From assembly GCA_028704885.1 (NCBI GenBank), contig JAQWEN010000001.1, forward strand, positions 651,203 through 715,202: DNA of 64,000 bases, in the 5' to 3' direction. The stretch is from Candidatus Shapirobacteria bacterium. Lineage in GTDB: Bacteria; Patescibacteriota; Microgenomatia; UBA12405. The notes under the pieces are model-generated. The model was given only the letters and a program-made list of their open reading frames with translations, had not been told where the DNA came from and did no database searches. Of the stretch, positions 53,408 to 62,823 are shown in pieces (the first letter of the stretch is position 1; every line of letters begins with the position of its first letter). A program made the translations under genes and the position numbers.

Positions 53408-56400
53408 AACCAATTATAAACAAAACCAGAAGAGCTACTAGAGCCGAAGAGAATTTGTGACGGCTAATGAATGACTGGAATTGAGTGGAAAAACTTTTTG
53501 GATTTGGAGTTTCGGTACCTAAAATTGAGCCTTCTTGGTTTTCATCAGAAATGGCTTCTTGATCGATTTCTGACCCGTCTTTAGGAATATTATCGTCGCC
53601 AATAACCGGAATGGCACCGAGTACACTACCGGTAGTGGTTGTGGTTGTAGAAGTATAGACGGTAATAAAATCACCAGCTAGACCGCTGCCGTTGCCTGCT
53701 TCATCAAAGGCACGTATAACGTAATAATAGGTTTTATTACAGTCGGGAACATTAACGTCGGTAAAACTTCCTTTTTGATCGGGACTTATACCAACTTGAC
53801 CAATCTGGGAACCAGAGTCAGCAATAAATTTAGTGACATCAGCGCGATAAATTCTAATTATATTAGTTTTACCGTCATTGCTAGCCTTGAAACTGATTTT
53901 GTAATTACACCCCTCTCTCTCTTTGGAATAATCATTTGGAGTACCAGGACCAGAACTATCATAATCAACAGCCACAGAATCACTGCGATATTCTTCTCCA
54001 CCAGAGGAAGCGATGGCATAGAAATAATAGGTTTTTTCACTTTCAGTGAGCGGATTATTTTCTAAATTACATTCACCGGAATTACCACCAGCTTTGACAT
54101 CAACCGTGCCAATTTGAATTTCACTGGAATCGGGATTGACCTTAAAACATTTGACAGTTAAAGGTCGATTAAGAATATCAAGAGCGGTAAAGCTAAGAGT
54201 AAATTTGTCTTTATTAGTTGGAGAAATTGGATTTTCAACGCTAATAAAAATATTACTACTTTGAACAGCATTGGCAGCCTTGACGGAGAAAAGTGAAACT
54301 AAACTAATGAGGGTAATAATAATTAGACTTTTCATAATATTTTTTTCTTTTTTTAATCCGTAAATTATAAAACCAATGCCCAACAAGGATAAAATACCGA
54401 AGATAATCATCCAAACGGTCTGAGCACCAGTACCAGGCATTTCGGTGGTGGCACCAAGAACTTGGCCTTCTTCTTTGACAATATTAACGTCTTGGCTGGC
54501 AAAAACTGGATCAATTTTAATTTGAGTGCCAACGAAAGTAGAAGCTAAATAACCTGGAGCAATAGCGCTGGCTAAAAGTTTGTCAGAACTTTCAAGTGTA
54601 CATTCTTGGCTGTCTTGACAACCATAAGCCCAAGCGGCGTCTTTGTAGGTGCCAGGGTCGACAGAATTATCGATGGTGGCAACATATTTAAGAGTAACAA
54701 CATCGTCTTTATTAAGATCACCGATTTGCCATTTACCTGGAGAATGATAGACAGGTTCAGGAATCGATCTTTCAGTTCCATTAATTAAAACTTTCCAACT
54801 ACCGGCTTTATAAGTAAAGCCAAATGGTGGCAAATCTATAACTGAAACTCCTTTTATATTATTTTCTTGGACATTAAGAGTAATTGTATATTCAACTTCG
54901 GAACCATTGGTTTGAGCAGTTGGCCAACGATTGTTGGTTTTAGAAATTGTGAGTTTAGCAGGAACTTTCCAATTGATAAAGTTTACTGATTTGGATTCAC
55001 CGCTAGTGACTGTTATTGTAATATCATTATCTGATTTAAGTTTATAAGCAGAGGGAATATTTATTTCTGACAAAGTGTAAGTTCCTGGATTTAGTTTATA
55101 AACAGCTGGAGATAATTCGGAAAAATTACTATTTTCTTGACCCGTAACAGAAGTAGTAAATACATTATTATCTTCAATCTGTTGTCCAAGATTATCTAGA
55201 ACATCTTTATTAACAGTGACGGTAGCTTTTTGATAATTACCGATGTAACAAGTTTTATTTGCTCCAGCACTAATTATTAATCTATTGCTTGGGGATGATT
55301 GAGCTAATACTTCGCCCACTTTAAATATATCTTTTAAATTAAAAGCAGCTTCTCCTGGTGGAGTTGGAGTGGGAGTAGGATTGCTGGAACGATTAGTACA
55401 TTTAATGTCGGTTACACCACTAACACCACACCAATTACCCCAATCCCAATCGATGCTTCCTCTGTTGTAAAACAAATGGCAATTATTAAATTGCGTACAA
55501 GGTCTGTCTTCTCCATATGAAACTAGACTGTCATATCCATTTACTTCGCAAGCCCAAAGAGCACAGGTGGCGGCATCTCCACAACCATTCCAACCTCCGC
55601 AATTTCCGTGATGTCCATAAGCCTCTCCTGTTTTAGTAATTAAAACACCAGGGCCATTATCTTCGCAATATATATTGGATTGATACCAACCTTCCTGCAT
55701 ATTTTCCCCTAGAACATACTCTCCGGGAATTAAGCTAAAGATTGTTTTTCCAGTTTCGTCAGTTTTTTGAGTGGAACCAGTAGTATTCTGATCCATAGTA
55801 ATATCCCAATTTGGCAAATAAGGTTCATTTTTATCATGTTTTCCATTACCGTTAAGATCGTTAAATTTATAGACAACTACTTCACCTTTTTGTTGATTGC
55901 CGAAATTATATTCGTGACCTTCCACATAATTTAAACTTGAAGGAAATTCATTAGAATTATCATCCGGTAAATTTATGACATGACAATTGTCATTTTGATT
56001 TAGTGGATACGTTTGAATCCAACCATTTTGTAAAACTTCACAGACTTTGTATTGTCCAGGCAAAAGATGTTCAAACCAATACCAACCAAAGTGAAATTGG
56101 GTACTATCGGTGGTTGTTGATTTTAAAGGAATTGACTCAAACCCACCATCATCGTTAGATTCATAAAGATTAATGGTCCAATCGGAAAGCAAAGACTCTC
56201 CAATTCCGACAGTTGGCCCACCACTAGCATTCATATCACTCCATTTGTAACCATGAATAGTACCATTGGGAGTATTATAAAAAGTACAAATCGTATTTGT
56301 GTCTTTATAAACATCTACACTATCAACACTATCTGTGTTGTCAAAAGTACCATTTTCAAGACCGCAATTAGCACTGAATAAATCGTAGCCATTTTGTTTT

Positions 56401-59400
56401 GTTTCAATTACAGTGTATTCACCTGTTTTTAAATTTGAGAATATTTTTGTTCCATTGGCATCGGTTACGTCGGCAGAGGCATCGGTTGTATCAGCTCCTG
56501 TGCCATCGACATCAAACTGCCAATTTCCGGCAGATGTTTGATCATTGGTGGTATAAAGATCACCATCTATATCAATAATTTTATTAACAGTAATCGAGCC
56601 GGTGTCGCGGGTGTTGGTGATAGTACAAGTACCGCCTTCAGTATGAACATTTAAAGTAATAACTTTGGTTGATGGGTCCATTGAACAAACACCAGAAGCT
56701 CCGGTTAAAGTATAATTTGAGGCACCAGATTCAGTGACGGTGTAAGAACCAGTATCGTAAGTTTTAGTATCACCATCTTTGGCGGTTTCTTGACCGGAAA
56801 TAGTAAAAGTCCAATCAGTGTCTTGGGCAGAACCACCAAGAACAACTTTATCGAATTTAATATCGCCTGTTTTACGCGTATTAGTGTAGATACAAATAAT
56901 ATGTTGATCTTTGGCAACTGAAACACTATCATTGGCGCCAATGGAAATTACTGGTTCGGTATCGTTTGTGCCATTGTTATTGACATCGTTAAAACAAGAA
57001 AGTGGAGAAGCGGTGTAATTATCTAATCCATTAGTTTCGGATAAATAATAAGTACCAGTAATAACATTATTTTGGCCAGTTGATAAAGGTATAGCTCCGT
57101 TAATTCCGGTTTGTTGAGAATCAATATCACTTCCACCGGAAACTGTACCAATCTTAAGAGTTGTTTGACCACCATTACCTGACCAAGATTTTATTAATTC
57201 GATGGTTCCAGTGTCACGAGCATTAACAAAAGTACAAACTACATTTGCGTTTTCACCGATACCAACTACATGTCCACTAGCAGAATCAAATTCGTATAAA
57301 TCTCCAGTACATGAAATTGATACTTGGTGAAAATTTGTTTTAGGAGTTTCAGAAATAAAATGATTTCCTGTTACTGCTGTTATGGCAGAATCACCAGTAT
57401 AACCAGAATGAGCATATTCAGGAACTCCTAACCAACTAGTTTGCCATTGCCAATCAGTGGCTCCGGTTTCACCAGCATCGGTATAATCACCATCACCGTT
57501 TAAATCGACATTTTTTAAAACTCTTAAAGTGCCTGTCTTTCGGGTATTTGTAATAGTACAAGATTTGACATCTCCGGGAGCCAGAGTAATAGCGCCATTT
57601 GAGGCACAATCACCAGTAATGGCCTTATTATAGTCAGGGAAATTGGCACCAGTATTGTCATATTCAGAAACGACATAGTTTCCGGCATTAAATCCATTTT
57701 GAACGCCGGTTAAAACAGTAGTTGCTCCAACTTTTAGAGTAAATGAAGAAGCGGGCTTTGAATCCCCAACTACAATTTTGGTGACAGTAAGTTTTGGCTG
57801 AATATCATTATTGGTAATTGAACAAACAGTAGTTTGGCCAAGACCAAGTGTTATTTCACTGTTTCCATTTACAATAATTCCATTTGTACAAGTCCAAGCA
57901 CTGGCACTATAACCTGAAGGGCCGGATTCAGATAAAGTATAAGTACCAACTTTAAAGGATGATCCGCTAATAACATCGGTACTTCCAGATGCACCATGAC
58001 CTGATAAAGTACCAGCTGGTCCACCATTGGCAGTCAAAGTCCATGCTGATTCAAGAGCAGTACTTCCATTATCTTTTATTAAAATTTTATTTAAAGTTAA
58101 AGATGGAGCAATATCATCATTAGTGATAGTACAGGTTTTGCTTTGACCTAAACCAACAACAACATTACCTTGAGTATTGCAATCTCCTCCCCAATTACCA
58201 GCAGAATAACCCAAAAGATTGGTTTCGCCGACGAGGTGAGAGCCAGGATTGACAGCATAAGTAACTTCATCAAAAACAGGATTACTATCCACAGTAAGTT
58301 TAAAATCGTTTGGCTCAGCAATACCACCGTTATTATTAATTACAGTTTTATTAACAATGAGATAGGATTGTTGATCATCATTAGTAATGGTACATTTTTT
58401 AGTTTCACCTAATTTAACAGTAACTTTACCATCTAAACCACAATCCATTCCCCAAGTTCCGGCAGTGTAACCGGAAAGATTAATCTCACCGACAGTGTGT
58501 TCACCTGGGTTAACAGCATAAGCAATTTCGTCTAAGACAGCATTACCATCAACAGTTAGTTTAAAATCATCAGGTTTAGCTGATCCACCATTATCATTAA
58601 CAACTGTTTTGTCGACAATAATATAAGACTGCTGATCATCATTAGTAATAGTACAAGTAATATCTTGCCCTTCGCTTAGAGTTACAGTGTCACCTAAATT
58701 AGCAGGACAACCGGTACCACTAATTGAGACAAAGGAATAACCAACTAAACCAGTTTCATTAATAGCATATGGAATATTAGATTTAATAGAATATTTTTGG
58801 CTAGAATTAACTAAGGTTCCATCAATACTTAGTCCAAAGTCGTTAATACCAGCAGTACCACCATTATTGTTAATAACATTTTTGATTAAAGTAATTGAAG
58901 AAGCAATGTCGTCGTTGGTGATTGTACATGATTTATCGTCACCTAAGGCCAGAGTGATGGAACCATCTGGGGCGCAGGCACCACTGATAGTCGAAGAATA
59001 ACCTGGTTGATTAGTTTCGCTAATTTTATAATTACCAACATTAAATCCATTTTCTTGGCCGCTAGTAACTTGAAGGGAACCGACATATAACGGAAAATCA
59101 GAAACAACTTTGGTGCCGCCATTATCATTAACTACAATTTTAGTGACAGTTAGTTTTGGTTGAATTGGGGTATTGGTAATGGTACAAGTTATACTTTGTC
59201 CTAAAGATAGGGTTAAAATATTTCCAGTTGGAGTGGCGCCGCCAGTACAATCCCAAACTGAAGAATTAGTGCCGGTTGGACCACTTTCAGATAAAGTGTA
59301 AGTACCAGCTAAAACATTGCCAGTAACACTGCCCTGCCCTACTAAAGACGAACCGGTGCCAATAGCTGATAGTGTCCAACTACTGGGAGTATATCCACTA

Positions 59401-62400
59401 TTGTAAGTATCAGTCCAGCTTTTGATTAAAGTTAAGGTTGGAGCGATATCATCGTTAGTAATAGTACAAGTCTTATTTTCACCAGCAGCTAAAGAAACAG
59501 TACCGTCGGCAGCACAGTCTCCTCCCCAATTACCAGCAGAATAACCGGTTAAGGTTGTTTCACTGGCGGTGTGAGAAGTTAAAGAAACTGTTTGAGCAAC
59601 TTCCCAAGGAACATTATTACCATCAATTCTGGCTTGAAAATCATTGATAACTGCAGTTCCACCATTATCATTTACAACAGTTTTTACTAAAGTAAGAGTG
59701 GCGTCTTTAGTATTAGTAAAAGTACAAGTAACAGTTTCGCCTGGGTCTACACGGAAGATTGCTGACCTTGTGGGTAAATCAAATAGACTTGGATTTACCG
59801 ATGAGCCATCGTCGCAAGATATATCAGTCAAATTCCAACCTATTTTTAATGATTCTTGTGATGCGTAATCATAATTGGTCAAAGCATTATTTATCTCTAA
59901 ATTTCCATTGTTGGTACTAATAGTACCTGCAACGTCTCCGGTAAAATCAAAACTGTCGGTTCCGCCGACCATCACTTTTTTAACAATAATTTTTCCAAGT
60001 TTAGTATTGGTGATATTGCAATATTTAGTTTCACCGGCGCCAATAACAACATTCTGACAAGTATCGCCAGTTTTAGACCAACCAGTAGGAACGGTTTCGG
60101 TAACAGAATAGGTACCTGGAGTGACTTCATAATCTTTATCAACTGTATTTGATATTGTCTGTTGGGTTGTATCGATGGTTCCGGTTCCGCTTGCTGTAAT
60201 AAAAAATGATGCAGAATCTGCAGGAATAGTGGTTTTCTGAACAATTAAATGACCTTTTTGTTTAGTATTGGTAAAAGTACAAGTAATATTTTCTCCCGGT
60301 TGCAGAGAAATTGCGGTGATTGGGCTGCCGTCACTACAAACGGCGCTGGTTTGAGTCCAACCGGCAACTGCACCTTCTGAGACAGAGAAGGTTCCCGGCA
60401 TTAAGTTACTAAAGACTTTAGTATTTGATAATGTTGCATCAGAATTGTCGTCGAGTGAAAAATTAGACAAACCACTACCGGTGGTGGTGAAACTGAAATC
60501 TTGAGGATCATTGGGAACAGCGTCTTTAATAATAGTTATTGAGCCTTTATTAGTGGTATTGTAAAAGTTACAAGTAATAATACTGTCGGCAGTTACGGCA
60601 ATATCTTTAACACCCGGATTGGTTGGATCTGTTACACCGCTGGTACAAGTGGCATGATCAAAGGAGTAACCAGAGGGAATAGAAACTTCAGAAATAGAAT
60701 GATTGCCAACACTTAATGTTCCACTGGCTACCTGACCATTGGTGTCAGTAGTTAATGTGGTGGTGCCATCAATTTTAAATGACCAAGTTTGACCGTCACT
60801 TTTTTGAACACCATCAACCCATTTATTGACACTTATTTTTCCTCCACAGGTTTGTTTAGCAAAGGTGGCTAATTGGGCGGCGAGACCGGAAAAATCAGTA
60901 GTAATAACATCGGAAGTTAAAACACTACCAGTATTTACATTATGTCCAGAAATGGCTTTTAAATTTTCAACACTTAATTCATTTCCAATACCTAAAGTAA
61001 GAACTCTTCTTCCAGCTGTTTTAGCAATATTAGCTTTACCTACGGCAGCATTTAGAGCGGTTGATTCATTGGCACCACAGCCTGATCCATTAATAATGGT
61101 ATTTGGATTACCATCGGAAGCAAAAAGAATTAAATCTGGTTTATCAGCTCTACCTCCAAAGGTACCATTGGCTTTAAAAATACTATCGTCCCAATTGGTG
61201 CAGTCTCCGCCTCCAGCAGAATTAATTTTAGTTTTAACGGCGGTAAAATCAGAAGTAAAAGGTTGAAGTATGTCTGCGGTCGTGTCAAATTGAGTAACTG
61301 AAAATTGAGTTGGAGTACCATTGAGAGCATCGACGAAACCGGTAAAAGCAGATTTCATTTGATTTAGCTCAGTATTATTAATACTTCCAGAAACATCGAT
61401 AACAATAGCAATATCAAGACCACAGACTTGGGAAAGAGTTGGATTAGTGACAGGAGCTGGAGTAGTTGATTTGACTTCAAAAGTGGCAATACCTGTTTCG
61501 GTTTTACTGGTTGGGGCATTACAATTTGTAAGGCTATCATATTTTGTAATTTCAGCTTTCCAATTAGTGCCAATCGGAGCGGCGCCGTCGAGAGTATAAG
61601 AACCCTTCAGGGAAGTAACCCCGGTGGTACATGGAGCGGATGAATGTCTGGTTGTCCCATTTTGTTCAATAATATCAACACGATAAAATTTGCTCGCTGT
61701 TAGACTAGTAGAATTTATATAGACAGTATCTCCTTGCAGATAAACTGATTCTGATAGAGTTATTCCTAAATCGGCATAAGTAGCGATAAAGATAGTGAAA
61801 TGGTCAATAGAAACGGCTTTGACGGTGTCGCCGGATTGTTCGATTTTGGAATCTTCAATCTTATTAATATCAAAAAAAGATAAATCAGATTTGGCTTCGT
61901 CAATAGATTTTTCGATGTAGGAAATTTCGGCAGTAGAATCGACTGGTTTTGGAAGAGTAACATCGTATTCAAAATCACCGTCTTTCATACCAGTGGTGAT
62001 GTCAAAAGCATATTCACCGACACTACCCATAGTGTCTGGAAGAACTAAATCGGCGGTTTTAATTTTTTGGATTTTTAGCGAGGTGCGCAAAGATTCATCT
62101 TTGGGAAGACATTTAAAAGTAATTGAAACTTTATTTTTTTGAGGATAAATATATTTAACTCCAAGCTGAACCTTGCCTTTGGTTTCAGAAATTCCGGTGG
62201 TGTCATTAATAATCCATTCTTCATTGGTAGTATCTTTTATTTGTTCATCAGTGAGACAAACTTTTTCAAAAACAGTACCTAAAACTGGGGCTTCGGTTGG
62301 AGTGGATTCTGGAGTTGGAGTGTTCTCTGGAACGGTTATTATTTCTGGAGCTGGAGTGATACTAACATCTAAAACTGGAGCAGTCGGTTCTATTACTATG

Positions 62401-62711
62401 ATTGGACTTGGTTCTGGAGTTATTTCGGGAGTGACTTCAAGAGTAACTTCTGGTGTTATTTCAGGGATAATTTCTGGTGTGACTTCAGGAGTTATTTCTG
62501 GACTTGGAATTATTTCTGGGGTTGGGGTTATTTCAACAATAGCTGGGGCTTCGGGGGCTGGAGTTGGTTCAACAATGACTTCTTCGACAGCAGGCGCTTC
62601 TTGGGCATAAACAGGTTGGACGGCCAGCAAAAAAGGCACGAAGGAATTAAAGAGGAGGGAAACATTTGCAAGAATAGCAACAAACTTTCTTGCGACACCT
62701 AATTTGATCAT
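53373..62711 (-). CDS. giant cell-surface protein: signal peptide, Pro/Glu/Thr-rich spacer, vWA domain, about 15 tandem beta-sandwich repeats, Cys-rich module, DUF11-like domain with sorting-signal-like segment, FN3-like C-terminal module with TM anchor
   Basis: About 3112 aa from the ATG at 62711 (MIKLGVARKF...). The ORF-track TTG at 62738 gives 3121 aa. Spacer repeats PEITPEVTPEIIPEITPEV. vWA MIDAS motif IAIVIDVSGSIN...ASDG. Repeats end in C-T-[IF]-T-N. Internal segment TEMPGTGAQTVWMIIFGILSLLGIGFIIYGLKKEKN. Terminal TM SALVALLVLFIIGYVVKKIRNKKK. Confidence 0.8.
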   Translation of the reverse strand: MIKLGVARKFVAILANVSLLFNSFVPFLLAVQPVYAQEAPAVEEVIVEPTPAPEAPAIVEITPTPEIIPSPEITPEVTPEIIPEITPEVTLEVTPEITPEPSPIIVIEPTAPVLDVSITPAPEIITVPENTPTPESTPTEAPVLGTVFEKVCLTDEQIKDTTNEEWIINDTTGISETKGKVQLGVKYIYPQKNKVSITFKCLPKDESLRTSLKIQKIKTADLVLPDTMGSVGEYAFDITTGMKDGDFEYDVTLPKPVDSTAEISYIEKSIDEAKSDLSFFDINKIEDSKIEQSGDTVKAVSIDHFTIFIATYADLGITLSESVYLQGDTVYINSTSLTASKFYRVDIIEQNGTTRHSSAPCTTGVTSLKGSYTLDGAAPIGTNWKAEITKYDSLTNCNAPTSKTETGIATFEVKSTTPAPVTNPTLSQVCGLDIAIVIDVSGSINNTELNQMKSAFTGFVDALNGTPTQFSVTQFDTTADILQPFTSDFTAVKTKINSAGGGDCTNWDDSIFKANGTFGGRADKPDLILFASDGNPNTIINGSGCGANESTALNAAVGKANIAKTAGRRVLTLGIGNELSVENLKAISGHNVNTGSVLTSDVITTDFSGLAAQLATFAKQTCGGKISVNKWVDGVQKSDGQTWSFKIDGTTTLTTDTNGQVASGTLSVGNHSISEVSIPSGYSFDHATCTSGVTDPTNPGVKDIAVTADSIITCNFYNTTNKGSITIIKDAVPNDPQDFSFTTTGSGLSNFSLDDNSDATLSNTKVFSNLMPGTFSVSEGAVAGWTQTSAVCSDGSPITAISLQPGENITCTFTNTKQKGHLIVQKTTIPADSASFFITASGTGTIDTTQQTISNTVDKDYEVTPGTYSVTETVPTGWSKTGDTCQNVVIGAGETKYCNITNTKLGKIIVKKVMVGGTDSFDFTGDVAGTISTNNGNLEINNALTNYDYASQESLKIGWNLTDISCDDGSSVNPSLFDLPTRSAIFRVDPGETVTCTFTNTKDATLTLVKTVVNDNGGTAVINDFQARIDGNNVPWEVAQTVSLTSHTASETTLTGYSAGNWGGDCAADGTVSLAAGENKTCTITNDDIAPTLTLIKSWTDTYNSGYTPSSWTLSAIGTGSSLVGQGSVTGNVLAGTYTLSESGPTGTNSSVWDCTGGATPTGNILTLSLGQSITCTITNTPIQPKLTVTKIVVNDNGGTKVVSDFPLYVGSLQVTSGQENGFNVGNYKISETNQPGYSSTISGACAPDGSITLALGDDKSCTITNDDIASSITLIKNVINNNGGTAGINDFGLSIDGTLVNSSQKYSIKSNIPYAINETGLVGYSFVSISGTGCPANLGDTVTLSEGQDITCTITNDDQQSYIIVDKTVVNDNGGSAKPDDFKLTVDGNAVLDEIAYAVNPGEHTVGEINLSGYTAGTWGMDCGLDGKVTVKLGETKKCTITNDDQQSYLIVNKTVINNNGGIAEPNDFKLTVDSNPVFDEVTYAVNPGSHLVGETNLLGYSAGNWGGDCNTQGNVVVGLGQSKTCTITNDDIAPSLTLNKILIKDNGSTALESAWTLTANGGPAGTLSGHGASGSTDVISGSSFKVGTYTLSESGPSGYSASAWTCTNGIIVNGNSEITLGLGQTTVCSITNNDIQPKLTVTKIVVGDSKPASSFTLKVGATTVLTGVQNGFNAGNYVVSEYDNTGANFPDYNKAITGDCASNGAITLAPGDVKSCTITNTRKTGTLRVLKNVDLNGDGDYTDAGETGATDWQWQTSWLGVPEYAHSGYTGDSAITAVTGNHFISETPKTNFHQVSISCTGDLYEFDSASGHVVGIGENANVVCTFVNARDTGTIELIKSWSGNGGQTTLKIGTVSGGSDIDSQQTGINGAIPLSTGQNNVITGTYYLSETNGLDNYTASPLSCFNDVNNNGTNDTEPVISIGANDSVSVAKDQHIICIYTNTRKTGDIKFDKVVLGGSAQDTDWTFTISGQETAKDGDTKTYDTGSYTVTESGASNYTLTGASGVCSMDPSTKVITLNVHTEGGTCTITNTRDTGSITVNKIIDIDGDLYTTNDQTSAGNWQFDVDGTGADTTDASADVTDANGTKIFSNLKTGEYTVIETKQNGYDLFSANCGLENGTFDNTDSVDSVDVYKDTNTICTFYNTPNGTIHGYKWSDMNASGGPTVGIGESLLSDWTINLYESNDDGGFESIPLKSTTTDSTQFHFGWYWFEHLLPGQYKVCEVLQNGWIQTYPLNQNDNCHVINLPDDNSNEFPSSLNYVEGHEYNFGNQQKGEVVVYKFNDLNGNGKHDKNEPYLPNWDITMDQNTTGSTQKTDETGKTIFSLIPGEYVLGENMQEGWYQSNIYCEDNGPGVLITKTGEAYGHHGNCGGWNGCGDAATCALWACEVNGYDSLVSYGEDRPCTQFNNCHLFYNRGSIDWDWGNWCGVSGVTDIKCTNRSSNPTPTPTPPGEAAFNLKDIFKVGEVLAQSSPSNRLIISAGANKTCYIGNYQKATVTVNKDVLDNLGQQIEDNNVFTTSVTGQENSNFSELSPAVYKLNPGTYTLSEINIPSAYKLKSDNDITITVTSGESKSVNFINWKVPAKLTISKTNNRWPTAQTNGSEVEYTITLNVQENNIKGVSVIDLPPFGFTYKAGSWKVLINGTERSIPEPVYHSPGKWQIGDLNKDDVVTLKYVATIDNSVDPGTYKDAAWAYGCQDSQECTLESSDKLLASAIAPGYLASTFVGTQIKIDPVFASQDVNIVKEEGQVLGATTEMPGTGAQTVWMIIFGILSLLGIGFIIYGLKKEKNIMKSLIIITLISLVSLFSVKAANAVQSSNIFISVENPISPTNKDKFTLSFTALDILNRPLTVKCFKVNPDSSEIQIGTVDVKAGGNSGECNLENNPLTESEKTYYFYAIASSGGEEYRSDSVAVDYDSSGPGTPNDYSKEREGCNYKISFKASNDGKTNIIRIYRADVTKFIADSGSQIGQVGISPDQKGSFTDVNVPDCNKTYYYVIRAFDEAGNGSGLAGDFITVYTSTTTTTTGSVLGAIPVIGDDNIPKDGSEIDQEAISDENQEGSILGTETPNPKSFSTQFQSFISRHKFSSALVALLVLFIIGYVVKKIRNKKK
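56600..60650 (-). repeat. about 15 tandem ~265-bp (about 88-aa) domain repeats inside the giant surface-protein gene
   Basis: Periodic recurrence every 260-275 bp of the antisense motif ...atcatcattagtaatNgtaca... (encoding C-T-I-T-N-D-D). Adjacent units are near-identical, e.g. QSYIIVDKTVVNDNGGSAKPDDFKLTVDGNAV vs QSYLIVNKTVINNNGGIAEPNDFKLTVDSNPV. Confidence 0.7.
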
Positions 62712-62823
62712 ATATAAGATTAATCTTGGGCAGACCAAATTTATAATAGTATCTACAAAGAGTATATTACTTTTTTATAGGAATTCAAGTCGAGCTGAAG
62801 ATAAACTTAATATGTTTTTATTA

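Noticed and set aside
56600-60650. Possible CRISPR-like periodic repeats
   Set aside because: The approximately 265-bp periodicity is coding (tandem protein domains inside one long ORF). No short direct repeats with unique spacers and no cas genes are present.
62173-62610. 145-aa plus-strand ORF rich in GVISG repeats
   Set aside because: Antisense to the PE(I/V)TPE spacer repeats of the giant surface protein. A repeat mirror image, not a gene.
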